DNA of 64,000 nt from Candidatus Foliamicus sp. Lineage in GTDB: Bacteria; Pseudomonadota; Gammaproteobacteria; Steroidobacterales; Foliamicaceae. The DNA is taken from NCBI GenBank assembly GCA_965221325.1, contig OZ244880.1; one strand, 5' to 3'. Below the pieces are notes generated by a model, which was not told the origin of the DNA, ran no database searches, and saw only the letters and a program-made list of their open reading frames with translations. A program made the translations under genes and the position numbers. Position 1 is the first letter of the stretch. Each line of letters opens with the position of its first letter. Of this stretch, positions 9,889 through 19,148 are shown piece after piece.

Positions 9889-10164
9889 GTGCGCATGAAT
9901 GAGGAAGCACCGGCGGAAGGCGTTCAGGGTCTGGAGCAGGGGCTCAAGGAGCTGGAGCAGATCGTGGTGCGCCTGGAAAAGGGCGACCTGCCGCTGGCCG
10001 AAGCGATCAAGCAGTTCGAGCGCGGCGTGGAACTCACCCGGCACTGCCAGAGCGCGCTGAAGAAGGCCGAGCAGAAGGTTCAGGTGCTGAGCGAAGGCAT
10101 GCTCGAGAACGTGGACCCGCAAGCGCTGGAGAAAGACGACACCGGCAGCGCCCCACTCTTCTAG
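9889..10164 (+). CDS. xseB: Exodeoxyribonuclease VII small subunit
   Basis: [36 protein letters not shown] is typical XseB, and the size is about 90 aa. The start could be ATG 9895. Confidence 0.85.
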   Translation: MRMNEEAPAEGVQGLEQGLKELEQIVVRLEKGDLPLAEAIKQFERGVELTRHCQSALKKAEQKVQVLSEGMLENVDPQALEKDDTGSAPLF

Positions 10165-11426
10165 GGCTTGGTGACGCTGTCTAATTCGGCGGCCACGGCC
10201 TCGGCAGCTTCCAGTACGCGCAGCAAGTTGCCGCCCCAGAGCTTGGCGATCTGATCCTCGGTGTAGCCGCGGCGCACCAGCTCCACCGTCACATTGAGCG
10301 TTTCGCCGGCGCTGTCCCAGCCGTCAATGCCGCCGCCGCCGTTGAAGTCGGATGAAATACCCACGTGGTCGATACCGATCCGCTCCACCGCGTAGTCCAC
10401 GTGGTCGATCAGGTGCGTTACCGAGGCTCGGGGCGGCATGCGGGTGATCTCGCCGAGGCGCGCATAATAGGTTTGGCGCTGCTCGGTGGTCATGCGCGCG
10501 AAGTCGGCGGGGCTGGCAAGGTTCATCTCGCGGTATAGCGCGCCCATGGCCGCAACTTTTTCGGGCGGCGGCCGGCGCAGGTAGGAGTCGAAGGCAACGA
10601 TCTGCGCCACGCCGCCGTTGTCCCGAATCGCGAGCAAGGTCTCGTCGTTCAAATTCCGGGCATGCGAAAAGGCACCCTTGACGGCGGAATGCGAGGCCAT
10701 GACCGGCGCTTTCGACATTTCGAGCACATCCATCGCTGTTGCTTCCGAGGCGTGGGATATGTCCACGATCATGCCCAGTGCATTGGCGCGCCGCACCGCC
10801 GCGCGGCCGAACTCGCTCAAGCCTCCGTGCTCGGCCGCCGAGTCGCCCAGCGAGAAGTTGGGTACGGCGGAGTCGCCGAGGTCGTTGTGGCCGTTATGCA
10901 CAAGGCCTAGGTAGCGGGCGCCGAAGTCGTAATGCACATTCAGCAGCTCGAGGTCCCGGCCGATCGAGAAACCGTTTTCGATGCCGATCAGCGCCACGCG
11001 CCGGCCTTCGCCATGAATCCTGCGCACATCCGCCGCGCTGCGGGCCAGTCCGATGCGGTCGGAATAGTCGTGATCGGTCATGCGGCGAATGGCCGCGTAC
11101 TTGGTAAACGCATCGGCGATTGCGCGCGCATAGCCGGCCTCGGTGCGGGCGCGCTGCATCACGAAAACGATGAAAAACGCCGCATCAAGTCCGCCCCGCT
11201 CCATGCCCGGTAGATCGACCTGCTGGCCGGGTGGCTTGGCCTGCGCCGGGTCGTATGCCTCGGTACCGAAGTCCGGCGGAATATCGACGTGGGTGTCGAT
11301 GGTAATCACCCGGTCATGAATGCCCCGGGCGCGTTCCATCAGCTCGGCGCCGCTGTCAGCAACGACTGCTCCCGAAACCAATCCCGCCAGCAAGATCGCT
11401 CCTATCTGTCTGCCCGTTTGCCGCAT
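10161..11426 (-). CDS. Membrane dipeptidase (peptidase M19), exported
   Basis: Trimmed to [23 protein letters not shown] (signal-like). Motifs [33 protein letters not shown] and [13 protein letters not shown]. Confidence 0.85.
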   Translation of the reverse strand: MRQTGRQIGAILLAGLVSGAVVADSGAELMERARGIHDRVITIDTHVDIPPDFGTEAYDPAQAKPPGQQVDLPGMERGGLDAAFFIVFVMQRARTEAGYARAIADAFTKYAAIRRMTDHDYSDRIGLARSAADVRRIHGEGRRVALIGIENGFSIGRDLELLNVHYDFGARYLGLVHNGHNDLGDSAVPNFSLGDSAAEHGGLSEFGRAAVRRANALGMIVDISHASEATAMDVLEMSKAPVMASHSAVKGAFSHARNLNDETLLAIRDNGGVAQIVAFDSYLRRPPPEKVAAMGALYREMNLASPADFARMTTEQRQTYYARLGEITRMPPRASVTHLIDHVDYAVERIGIDHVGISSDFNGGGGIDGWDSAGETLNVTVELVRRGYTEDQIAKLWGGNLLRVLEAAEAVAAELDSVTKP

Positions 11427-11533
11427 AGCTTCAACATGCCTTAGGCAAAATGCCGCGGAAAGAATACCGCAAGTGCGCACAAGAGGACGCCAAGGACAGA
11501 TTTCAAGCTTGACAAACAGGACTTGGGCGTGGT

Positions 11534-12880
11534 GTGCTAGCTCCCCTGTTTGGCTACCTCTCAGTCGTTTTGAGTAGCGACGACATCCCACTACCTGCCC
11601 TGCTGGGCACTTTCTTTCTGCTGCTGGTCCTGTCGGCCTTCTTCTCGGGCACCGAAACCGCGCTCATGCGCGTCAATCGGTACAAGCTCAAGCACCGAGC
11701 CCGCGAAGGCAATCGCGGCGCAAAGCTCGCGGAACTGCTGCTGAGCCGCCCCGACCGGCTGCTCGGCCTGATCCTGTTCGGCAACAACCTGGTGATCTTC
11801 TTCGCCGCATTCATATGGACAATGCTCACCTTGCGGGTGGGCGGCGTGATGGGGGCCGCGGTCGGCACCATTCTGCTGACGCTTATCGTGCTGGTGTTTG
11901 CGGAAGTGGCGCCCAAGACCTGGGCGGCGGCGCGCCCCGAAACGCTGGCGCTGATTTCCAGCCGCATCTATTACCCGCTGCAGAAGCTACTGTGGCCGAT
12001 TGTCTGGGCAATAAACCTGATCGGCGGCCTGCTTGTGCGTATGGCAGGCGTACGCCCTGGCAAGGACGACGAACAGGACCTCACCGTGGCCGAGTTGCGC
12101 ACGCTGGTGACCGAGTCGGGCGGCCGCATCCCGAGCAGGCGGCGGCAGATGCTGCTGGCGGTGCTGGAACTCGAAGCGCTCACGATAGAGGACATCATGA
12201 CGCCGCGCAGCGAGATCGAGGCCATCGACCTGGACGGAGAGTGGCCGGAAATCATGCGTCAGCTTCGCGCAAGCTCGCATTCGGTGCTGCCCTGCTTTCG
12301 AGGACAACTCGATACAGTGGCGGGCATGCTGCATGTGCGCAGGCTGCTGCAGGCCAACGGCTCCGACGGGCTGAACCCCCAGCGGCTCGAAGAGTTTCTC
12401 GAAACGCCCCGCTACGTTTTCGAACACACGTCTCTGGCGCGCATGTTCTCCGACTTTCGCCGGGGTGGCGGCGCAACCTCCCTGGTGGTTGACGAGTACG
12501 GCGACATCCAGGGGCTGGTAAGCGTGCAGGATCTCTTGGGCGAAATTTCCGGCGGCCTGATCGGTGACAGCGCCCAGGACGCGGAGGAAGACGAAATACA
12601 ACCCGACGGCAGCGGCGGCTGGCTGGTTGACGCCGGCGCCAGCATTCGGCTGCTCAACCGGCGCATGAGTTGGCGGTTGCCCACATACGGTCCCAAGACC
12701 CTCAACGGCCTGATAGTCGATAAACTGGGCGCCATACCGGAGCGCGGGCAGCAGTTTGAACTGGCCGGATTCCCGATGGAAATTGTGGAGACTTCCGAGA
12801 GTGCCGTCGACCGGGTGCGCGTTATGCGCGCCGCCAATCCCGACCCGGCGCAGACAACCATCACAACAGCCGGATCATAG
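11534..12880 (+). CDS. corB: CNNM/CorB-family Mg/Co efflux-type protein (DUF21 + CBS pair + CorC_HlyC)
   Basis: FFSGTETALMRVNRYKLKHRAREGNRGA, GNNLV, VFAEVAPKT and DEYGDIQGLVSVQDLL align along the whole length with my memory of E. coli YfjD/CorB. The true start may be TTG 11570 (MSSDDIPLPALL). Confidence 0.85.
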   Translation: MLAPLFGYLSVVLSSDDIPLPALLGTFFLLLVLSAFFSGTETALMRVNRYKLKHRAREGNRGAKLAELLLSRPDRLLGLILFGNNLVIFFAAFIWTMLTLRVGGVMGAAVGTILLTLIVLVFAEVAPKTWAAARPETLALISSRIYYPLQKLLWPIVWAINLIGGLLVRMAGVRPGKDDEQDLTVAELRTLVTESGGRIPSRRRQMLLAVLELEALTIEDIMTPRSEIEAIDLDGEWPEIMRQLRASSHSVLPCFRGQLDTVAGMLHVRRLLQANGSDGLNPQRLEEFLETPRYVFEHTSLARMFSDFRRGGGATSLVVDEYGDIQGLVSVQDLLGEISGGLIGDSAQDAEEDEIQPDGSGGWLVDAGASIRLLNRRMSWRLPTYGPKTLNGLIVDKLGAIPERGQQFELAGFPMEIVETSESAVDRVRVMRAANPDPAQTTITTAGS

Positions 12881-12882
12881 CC

Positions 12883-13656
12883 ATGCTTGCCATTCTTTCG
12901 CCTGCCAAGTCGCTGGACTTCGAGTCGAAACTGCCGCGCGGCGCGCACACCATTCCCGAATTTCTCGACGATTCCGCGCAATTGGTGGAGCGGTTGCGGG
13001 AATTCACGCCGCGGGACCTGTCACAAATGATGGGTGTCAGCGACAAGCTGGCGCAACTGAATTCCGACCGCTACGCGGCCTGGAAGCAGCCTTTCAGCCG
13101 CCGTAACGCGCGGCCGGCAGCGCTGGCGTTCAACGGCGACGCCTACCAGGGGCTGCGCGCCTGGGAATTTTCCGGGCGCGACCTGGGCTGGGCGCAACGC
13201 CACTTGCGCATCCTGTCCGGGCTGCATGGCGTGCTGCGGCCGCTGGACCTGATTCAGCCCTACAGGCTGGAAATGTCCACACCGCTCGACACGGGAGCAG
13301 GTCCCGATCTGTACGCCTTCTGGGGCGAGCGGTTGACCGGGGCGATTCGCCAGGCAGTGCATGCCAGCGGCACGCCGGTGCTCGTGAACCTGGCCTCCAA
13401 GGAATACTTCAGCGCGCTTGATTTCGACGCGCTGGATGCGCGGGTGATTACCCCGCGGTTTCTGGATTTCCGCGGTGGCAAGTACCGCTTCGTGAGTTTT
13501 CTCGGCAAGCGGGCGCGCGGCATGATGGCGCGATTCATCATCGAGCGGCGAATGCGTTTCGCCAAGGGGCTGCTCGAATTCTCCGAGGGCGGCTACCGCT
13601 ACGATCCGGAGCGTTCGACCCGCGACCAGCCGACCTTCGTTCGCGACCCGCTGTAG
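12883..13656 (+). CDS. yaaA: Peroxide stress protein YaaA (UPF0246)
   Basis: N-terminus MLAILSPAKSLDF and internal NLASKEYF. Size is about 257 aa. Confidence 0.9.
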   Translation: MLAILSPAKSLDFESKLPRGAHTIPEFLDDSAQLVERLREFTPRDLSQMMGVSDKLAQLNSDRYAAWKQPFSRRNARPAALAFNGDAYQGLRAWEFSGRDLGWAQRHLRILSGLHGVLRPLDLIQPYRLEMSTPLDTGAGPDLYAFWGERLTGAIRQAVHASGTPVLVNLASKEYFSALDFDALDARVITPRFLDFRGGKYRFVSFLGKRARGMMARFIIERRMRFAKGLLEFSEGGYRYDPERSTRDQPTFVRDPL

Positions 13657-13657
13657 A

Positions 13658-15001
13658 TCAGACCCGAGGCAAAGCGCTAAGCGCCTCTTCCAGGCGCTTG
13701 ACCACCGATATCTCCATGCCGGCTATCGGTTTACGCGGTCGGTTGGCCGCCGGGATCATGGCCTGCTGGAACCCGAGCTTGGCGGCTTCCCGCAAGCGCT
13801 CCTCGCCGTAGGGAGCGGGGCGCACCTCGCCGGAAAGCCCGATCTCGCCAAACAAGATTAGGCCCTCGGGCAGAGCCTGGTTGCTCACGCTCGACCAGAC
13901 CGCCGCCGCCACCGCAAGGTCGGCTGCGGTTTCCGTTATCCGCAGACCGCCCACGAAGTTGACGAACACGTCGCGATCGTAGGCGCTAACGGCCGAATGC
14001 CTGGCCAGTACAGCCATCAGCATGGCCAGACGATCGCGGTCCATGCCGGGGCTGACCCGGCGCGCCAGACCGGCGCCGGCATCGGATACCAGCGCCTGAA
14101 CTTCCAGCAGCATGGGCCGGCTGCCCTCATGGCAGGCCGTAACGGCACTGCCCGGCGCTCCGGCCTGACGGCCGGCGAGAAAAATGGCCGATGGATTGCG
14201 CACCTGCTTCAGGCCGGCGGAATCCATCACAAACACGCCGAGTTCGTTCACCGCGCCAAAGCGATTCTTTACCGAACGCAAAAGCCGAAACCTGCTGCCG
14301 GACTCGCTTTCGAAGTACAAGACCACATCCACCATGTGCTCCAGCATGCGCGGGCCGGCGATCTGACCCTCCTTGGTGACATGCCCCACCAGCGTAACCG
14401 CGATTCCCTGGGTCTTGGCCAAGCGCACCAGGGCGGCCGTGCATTCACGCAACTGCGCCGGCGAGCCGGGCGCGGAGCCGACCGCGGCGAGACTCAAGGT
14501 TTGCACGGAATCGATAATCAGCCATTCGGGCCGTTCGGATTCGGCAGCCGCGAGGATGGCGTCCAGCGACGTCTCGGCAATGGCACGCAGACCGGCCTGC
14601 GCAAGACCCAGCCTCCGCGCCCGCAAGGAAAGCTGTTGCAGCGATTCTTCGCCTGTCACATAGAGGGTCCGCGCGCTTGCGGGATTGACGCCGGCCACCT
14701 GCAGAAGAATGGTGGACTTGCCGATTCCGGGATCGCCGCCAAGCAGCACTGCCGAACCCTTTACCAATCCGCCGCCAAGCACCCGGTCGAACTCGGCGAG
14801 CCCGGTAGGCAGGCGCTGGTCGGGTTCCGCCGTGACTTCGCTGAGTTGCGCGGCCTCTGCCGGGGCTCCGGCACTGTGACTGCCCTTTGCTGCGCCTGGA
14901 CTGCCGCGCAACGTATTCCAGGCTCCGCAAGCGCCGCACTGCCCCTGCCACTTGAGGCTCTCGGCGCCGCACTCGGTACAAAAATATGCAGCGTTCTTCA
15001 A
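13658..15001 (-). CDS. radA: DNA repair protein RadA/Sms
   Basis: Zn finger CTECGAESLKWQGQCGACGAWNT, Walker A GGDPGIGKST, KNRFG motif and a Lon-like C-terminal domain. Confidence 0.95.
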   Translation of the reverse strand: MKNAAYFCTECGAESLKWQGQCGACGAWNTLRGSPGAAKGSHSAGAPAEAAQLSEVTAEPDQRLPTGLAEFDRVLGGGLVKGSAVLLGGDPGIGKSTILLQVAGVNPASARTLYVTGEESLQQLSLRARRLGLAQAGLRAIAETSLDAILAAAESERPEWLIIDSVQTLSLAAVGSAPGSPAQLRECTAALVRLAKTQGIAVTLVGHVTKEGQIAGPRMLEHMVDVVLYFESESGSRFRLLRSVKNRFGAVNELGVFVMDSAGLKQVRNPSAIFLAGRQAGAPGSAVTACHEGSRPMLLEVQALVSDAGAGLARRVSPGMDRDRLAMLMAVLARHSAVSAYDRDVFVNFVGGLRITETAADLAVAAAVWSSVSNQALPEGLILFGEIGLSGEVRPAPYGEERLREAAKLGFQQAMIPAANRPRKPIAGMEISVVKRLEEALSALPRV

Positions 15002-15176
15002 ACTGACCTCATCGGGCGGGAGGATTAAGCCGCGCTTCCATGGCGGCCATTATCGCCACGATGCGCCCTGAGCCGAGTCGCAGAGCAAAAAGTCGGTTTT
15101 TCAGCTTGCAACCCCCACCAACAGGGGCAAATCGTATATTCTTGCGCCTTCGCTGCGAACGGTTCCCTAAGCCGGA

Positions 15177-16919
15177 GTGATTTCCAATACTGGTTCCAGC
15201 CCCCGTCAATGGGTGGAGGAGGTTGCTCGCCTGACGCGGCCCGACCGCATACAGTGGTGCGGCGGCTCACAAGAGGAATACGACGCCCTCGTAGCCTTGC
15301 TGGTGCGCGACGGCGGGCTTATTCCCCTCAACGGCGGCACGTTCAGCAACTGTTATCTGCACCGCTCCGACCCGGCCGATGTAGCCCGGGTCGAGAACCT
15401 CACCTTTGTCTGCACCACGGACCGCGAAGACGCGGGTCCCAACAACAACTGGATGGCGCCGGACGAAGCCCACAAGCTGCTCGACGGCTTGTTCGAAGGC
15501 TGCATGCAAGGGCGGACGATGTACGTAATCCCCTATTGCATGGGGCCCATCGATTCGCCGCTGGCGCGCTGCGGCATAGAGGTCACGGACAGCGCCTACG
15601 TGGCGGTGAACATGCAGTTGATGACCCGCATGGGGAATCCGGCGCTGGAGCGGATCGAGCGAGAAGGCCGGTTTGTGAAGGGCATGCATTCCATCGGCCA
15701 ACTCGACCCGAAGCGCCGCTACATCATGCATTTCCCCGAAGAGCTGAGTATTCGCAGCTTCGGTTCCGGATACGGAGGCAACGCGCTGCTGGGCAAGAAG
15801 TGTCACGCGCTGCGGATCGCCAGTTGGCAGGCGCGCCAGGAGGGCTGGCTGGCCGAACACATGCTCATCGTGGAGATCGAGAACCCGGCAGGCGAGAAAC
15901 ACTATGTGGCCGCAGCGTTTCCGTCCGCTTGCGGCAAGACCAACCTGGCCATGCTGATCCCACCCGAAGAACTGCGCGGCTGGAAGGTGCGCACGATCGG
16001 CGACGATATCGCCTGGCTGCACCTCGACGCGGACGGCGTATTGCGCGCCATCAACCCGGAAGCGGGCTATTTCGGGGTGGTGCCGGGCACCAACCGGCAT
16101 ACCAACCACAACGCATTCGAGATGATTCAGCGGGATGCGATCTTTACCAACGTAGGCGTGACCGGCGACATGCAGCCCTGGTGGGAAGGGCGCAAGGAAG
16201 GCGCGCCGGCCACCAACTGGAAGGGCGAACCGGCAAGGGACGGCGAACCTGCCGCACACCCGAATGCGCGCTTCACGGTAGCCGCGCACCGCAATCCCAG
16301 CTACTCGCCGATGGCCGAACACCATGCGGGGGTGCCGATCTCGGCGCTGATCTTCGGCGGACGGCGTTCGCGGCTGGCGCCGCTGGTGATGGAAGCGCGC
16401 GACTGGCGCCATGGCGTGTTGATGGGCGCCGCCATGGCTTCGGAATCCACGGCTGCATCGAGCGATTCCGGCAACGGGCTGCGGCGCGATCCGATGGCCA
16501 TGAAACCGTTTTGCGGCTACAACTTTGCCGACTACTGGGCGCACTGGCTCAGTTTCGCCGGGCGCAGCGACAAGCTGCCGGGCATCTACCACGTCAACTG
16601 GTTCCGGCAAGACGCGGCCGGTGAATACCTCTGGCCCGGGTTCGGCGAGAACCTGCGCGTGTTGCAATGGATACTTGACCGGTGCGAGGGACGCGCCGAC
16701 GCGCGCCAGACTCCGGTGGGCAATCTGCCGCGGCGCAAGGACCTCAACCTGAAGGGACTGGATATCGAACCGGGAGCCCTCGACGGGCTGCTGGAAGTGG
16801 ACGCTGCGGGCTGGCGCGAGGAAATGCGCGGCATAGCCGAGTACCTGAAACAGTATGGGGAACGCTTGCCCGAAGAACTGCTGCGCGAGCACACGCGCGT
16901 AGCCCGCGCTCTGGGCTGA
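15177..16919 (+). CDS. pckG: Phosphoenolpyruvate carboxykinase (GTP)
   Basis: FGSGYGGNALLGKKCHALRIAS, FPSACGKTN and IGDDIAW. The N-terminus WVEEVARLTRPDRIQWCGGS is typical. GTG start with a weak SD. Confidence 0.9.
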   Translation: MISNTGSSPRQWVEEVARLTRPDRIQWCGGSQEEYDALVALLVRDGGLIPLNGGTFSNCYLHRSDPADVARVENLTFVCTTDREDAGPNNNWMAPDEAHKLLDGLFEGCMQGRTMYVIPYCMGPIDSPLARCGIEVTDSAYVAVNMQLMTRMGNPALERIEREGRFVKGMHSIGQLDPKRRYIMHFPEELSIRSFGSGYGGNALLGKKCHALRIASWQARQEGWLAEHMLIVEIENPAGEKHYVAAAFPSACGKTNLAMLIPPEELRGWKVRTIGDDIAWLHLDADGVLRAINPEAGYFGVVPGTNRHTNHNAFEMIQRDAIFTNVGVTGDMQPWWEGRKEGAPATNWKGEPARDGEPAAHPNARFTVAAHRNPSYSPMAEHHAGVPISALIFGGRRSRLAPLVMEARDWRHGVLMGAAMASESTAASSDSGNGLRRDPMAMKPFCGYNFADYWAHWLSFAGRSDKLPGIYHVNWFRQDAAGEYLWPGFGENLRVLQWILDRCEGRADARQTPVGNLPRRKDLNLKGLDIEPGALDGLLEVDAAGWREEMRGIAEYLKQYGERLPEELLREHTRVARALG

Positions 16920-16966
16920 TAGTCACGGAGTAGGGAAAGTCCGGCCCGCGAAAAGGAGCCGGCGAA

Positions 16967-17956
16967 TCAGGCGGCGTTCTTCAGGTTCGCCGGAATGCAA
17001 CGCAGCAATACATGGGCGCCGCTAGCCGGCGCGGCGGCGTGGCGAGCCAGCGCCCGACGCCAATCTCCGGCGCCCGGCTGCCCCGCATACAAGCCGGCCA
17101 TGTGGCGGGTAATCGCACCTAGCTTCAGTTCTTGCTGCTCCTCGCGGCAGGCATACTCGACCATGGCCTCGACCACCTCTTCGCGCGTGCGCCGTATCGA
17201 ACTCTGCGCCGACAGCTCGGACAACAGCCAGGGATTGGAATAAGCCGCCCGGCCCAGCATCACGCCGTCCACGTGTTCGAGATGCGCACGAACAGCGGCA
17301 GTTTCGGAAATACCGCCGTTCAGCACCACGGGCAAGCCGCGCAGTTCCCGCTTGAGCCGGTAAACCACCTCGTATCGTAGTGGCGGTACACTGCGGTTCT
17401 GCTTCGGCGAAAGCCCTTCCAAAACGGCGATGCGCGCATGCACGGCCAGCGCCGCAGCGCCGGCCTCCTGCACGGCCCGCGCAAAGGCAAGCAGGTGCGC
17501 AAAACCAAACCTGTGATTGGTGCCGATCCGTGTCTTGACCGTGACCGGACATCCTGCCGCGCTTTGTCGCATGGCGGCCACGCACTCGGCTACCTGCTCC
17601 GGTTCGTGCATCAGGCAAGCACCGAAGCGTCCGGCGCGCACACGGGGACTGGGGCAGCCTACGTTCAGGTTGATCTCGTTGAAGCCGGCCTGCGCCGCGC
17701 GTTCGGCAGCCTGCGCGAGCGCATCTGGATCGCTCCCGCCGAGCTGCAACGCTAACGGCCTTTCCGCCGCATAGTGCGCGAGAAAGTCATCGCCGCGGGC
17801 ATGCAGGACGGCCTGAGCGTGGACCATTTCCGTATAGAGGCCCGCGTCCGGAGCCAGTAGCCGATGGAAAAAGCGGCAGTGCCGATCGGTGCGCTGCATC
17901 ATCGGCGCCACCGAAATGCGGCAAGCAGCCGGATAGGCCGCGGACTCAGCAGCCAT
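16967..17956 (-). CDS. dusA: tRNA-dihydrouridine synthase A
   Basis: Trimmed to MAAESAAYPAACRISVAPMMQRTDRHCRFF. LNVGCPS motif present. The start overlaps the upstream gene's end by 11 nt. Confidence 0.85.
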   Translation of the reverse strand: MAAESAAYPAACRISVAPMMQRTDRHCRFFHRLLAPDAGLYTEMVHAQAVLHARGDDFLAHYAAERPLALQLGGSDPDALAQAAERAAQAGFNEINLNVGCPSPRVRAGRFGACLMHEPEQVAECVAAMRQSAAGCPVTVKTRIGTNHRFGFAHLLAFARAVQEAGAAALAVHARIAVLEGLSPKQNRSVPPLRYEVVYRLKRELRGLPVVLNGGISETAAVRAHLEHVDGVMLGRAAYSNPWLLSELSAQSSIRRTREEVVEAMVEYACREEQQELKLGAITRHMAGLYAGQPGAGDWRRALARHAAAPASGAHVLLRCIPANLKNAA

Positions 17957-19088
17957 CGATAGTGGCCTGCACCAGGAAGCGAACCACCTCGTGCAACGCT
18001 TCCTGTTCGGTGGCGCCGGCTTGAAGCGCCTGATTGTAGGTAGCCAACTGCATGCTGGCGCTGGTGCCGCGCTCAAGGATTGTGCGGGCGTGTCCGATCT
18101 CCGATGCGCAATCGAAGTATTCGGCATCCTGGCGCACCAGCGCTATGAGTTCTTCGAGCAGCTCCGCGAACGGCGCCATGCTGCCCTTGCCGAAATCCAG
18201 CAGCCGGTCGGTAGGACCGTAGCGCATCGCCCGCCAGCGGTTTTCCTCCAGCAGCAAGAGGTTGTAGCTGCGCCAGCGACTGTTGCTTATGCGAAGGCGC
18301 CAGAGCATGCGTATCAGACAGACGCAAAAGGCGGTCAGACAAACGGTGTCCTCGACGAAGGTGCAAAGATCGAAGATGCGCGTTTCCAGGGTCGGAAAGC
18401 GGGCGCTGGGGCGCACGTCCCACCAGATCATCGACGAATCCTCGATGACCTGGGCGCGAACCAGCGTATCGACATGGCGCTGATAGTCGCTCCAACTGCT
18501 GAATTCTTCCGGCAAGCCAGTGCGCGGCAGGCCGGAAAAAATCGTCAGGCGGAAACTGTTCAGGCCCGTATCGTCGCCTTCCCAGAATGGCGAGGACGCG
18601 CTCAGCGCGAGCAGGTGGGGAAGGAAATAGCGGAACTGGTTCATCAGGTCCACGCGCAGGTCCTTGTCGTCGATTCCCACGTGTACGTGCATGCCGCAAA
18701 TCAGCATGCGCCGGGCCGTGGCCTGCATTTCGTGCTGCAAAGTCATGTAGCGCTGCGAGGGAGTCTGCTTCTGATCGCGCCACAGGGCCGAGGGATGCGT
18801 CGAGGCCGCAATGATCCGCATCCCGAATTGCTCCGCCACGGCATTGATCTCGCGCCGCTGGCGGGTCAGTTCGCTGCGAACTTCGGCGATGCTTGCGCAT
18901 ACCTTGGTGGCTGTCTCCACCTGAGCGCGCATCAGTTCGTTCACCACCTGGCCTTCCACCTGCTGCTGGCAGGCCGGCATGAATCCCTCGGGCGGATCGA
19001 CCGAGAGCTCCAGCGTCTCGGCATCAACGAGCAGGTACTCTTCTTCCACGCCTAGCGTGAAACTGGGCTGATCCCGCAGCATGCTCAT
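17946..19088 (-). CDS. ybdK: Carboxylate-amine ligase, YbdK / glutamate-cysteine ligase family 2
   Basis: FTLGVEEEYLLVD, CGMHVHVG and a length of about 380 aa. Confidence 0.85.
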   Translation of the reverse strand: MSMLRDQPSFTLGVEEEYLLVDAETLELSVDPPEGFMPACQQQVEGQVVNELMRAQVETATKVCASIAEVRSELTRQRREINAVAEQFGMRIIAASTHPSALWRDQKQTPSQRYMTLQHEMQATARRMLICGMHVHVGIDDKDLRVDLMNQFRYFLPHLLALSASSPFWEGDDTGLNSFRLTIFSGLPRTGLPEEFSSWSDYQRHVDTLVRAQVIEDSSMIWWDVRPSARFPTLETRIFDLCTFVEDTVCLTAFCVCLIRMLWRLRISNSRWRSYNLLLLEENRWRAMRYGPTDRLLDFGKGSMAPFAELLEELIALVRQDAEYFDCASEIGHARTILERGTSASMQLATYNQALQAGATEQEALHEVVRFLVQATIDGC

Positions 19089-19148
19089 CGGCGGCGCTCC
19101 AATCCCCCCAAGGCGCTCATTCTATTGCTCGCTCAAGCCTGGGGCGGC

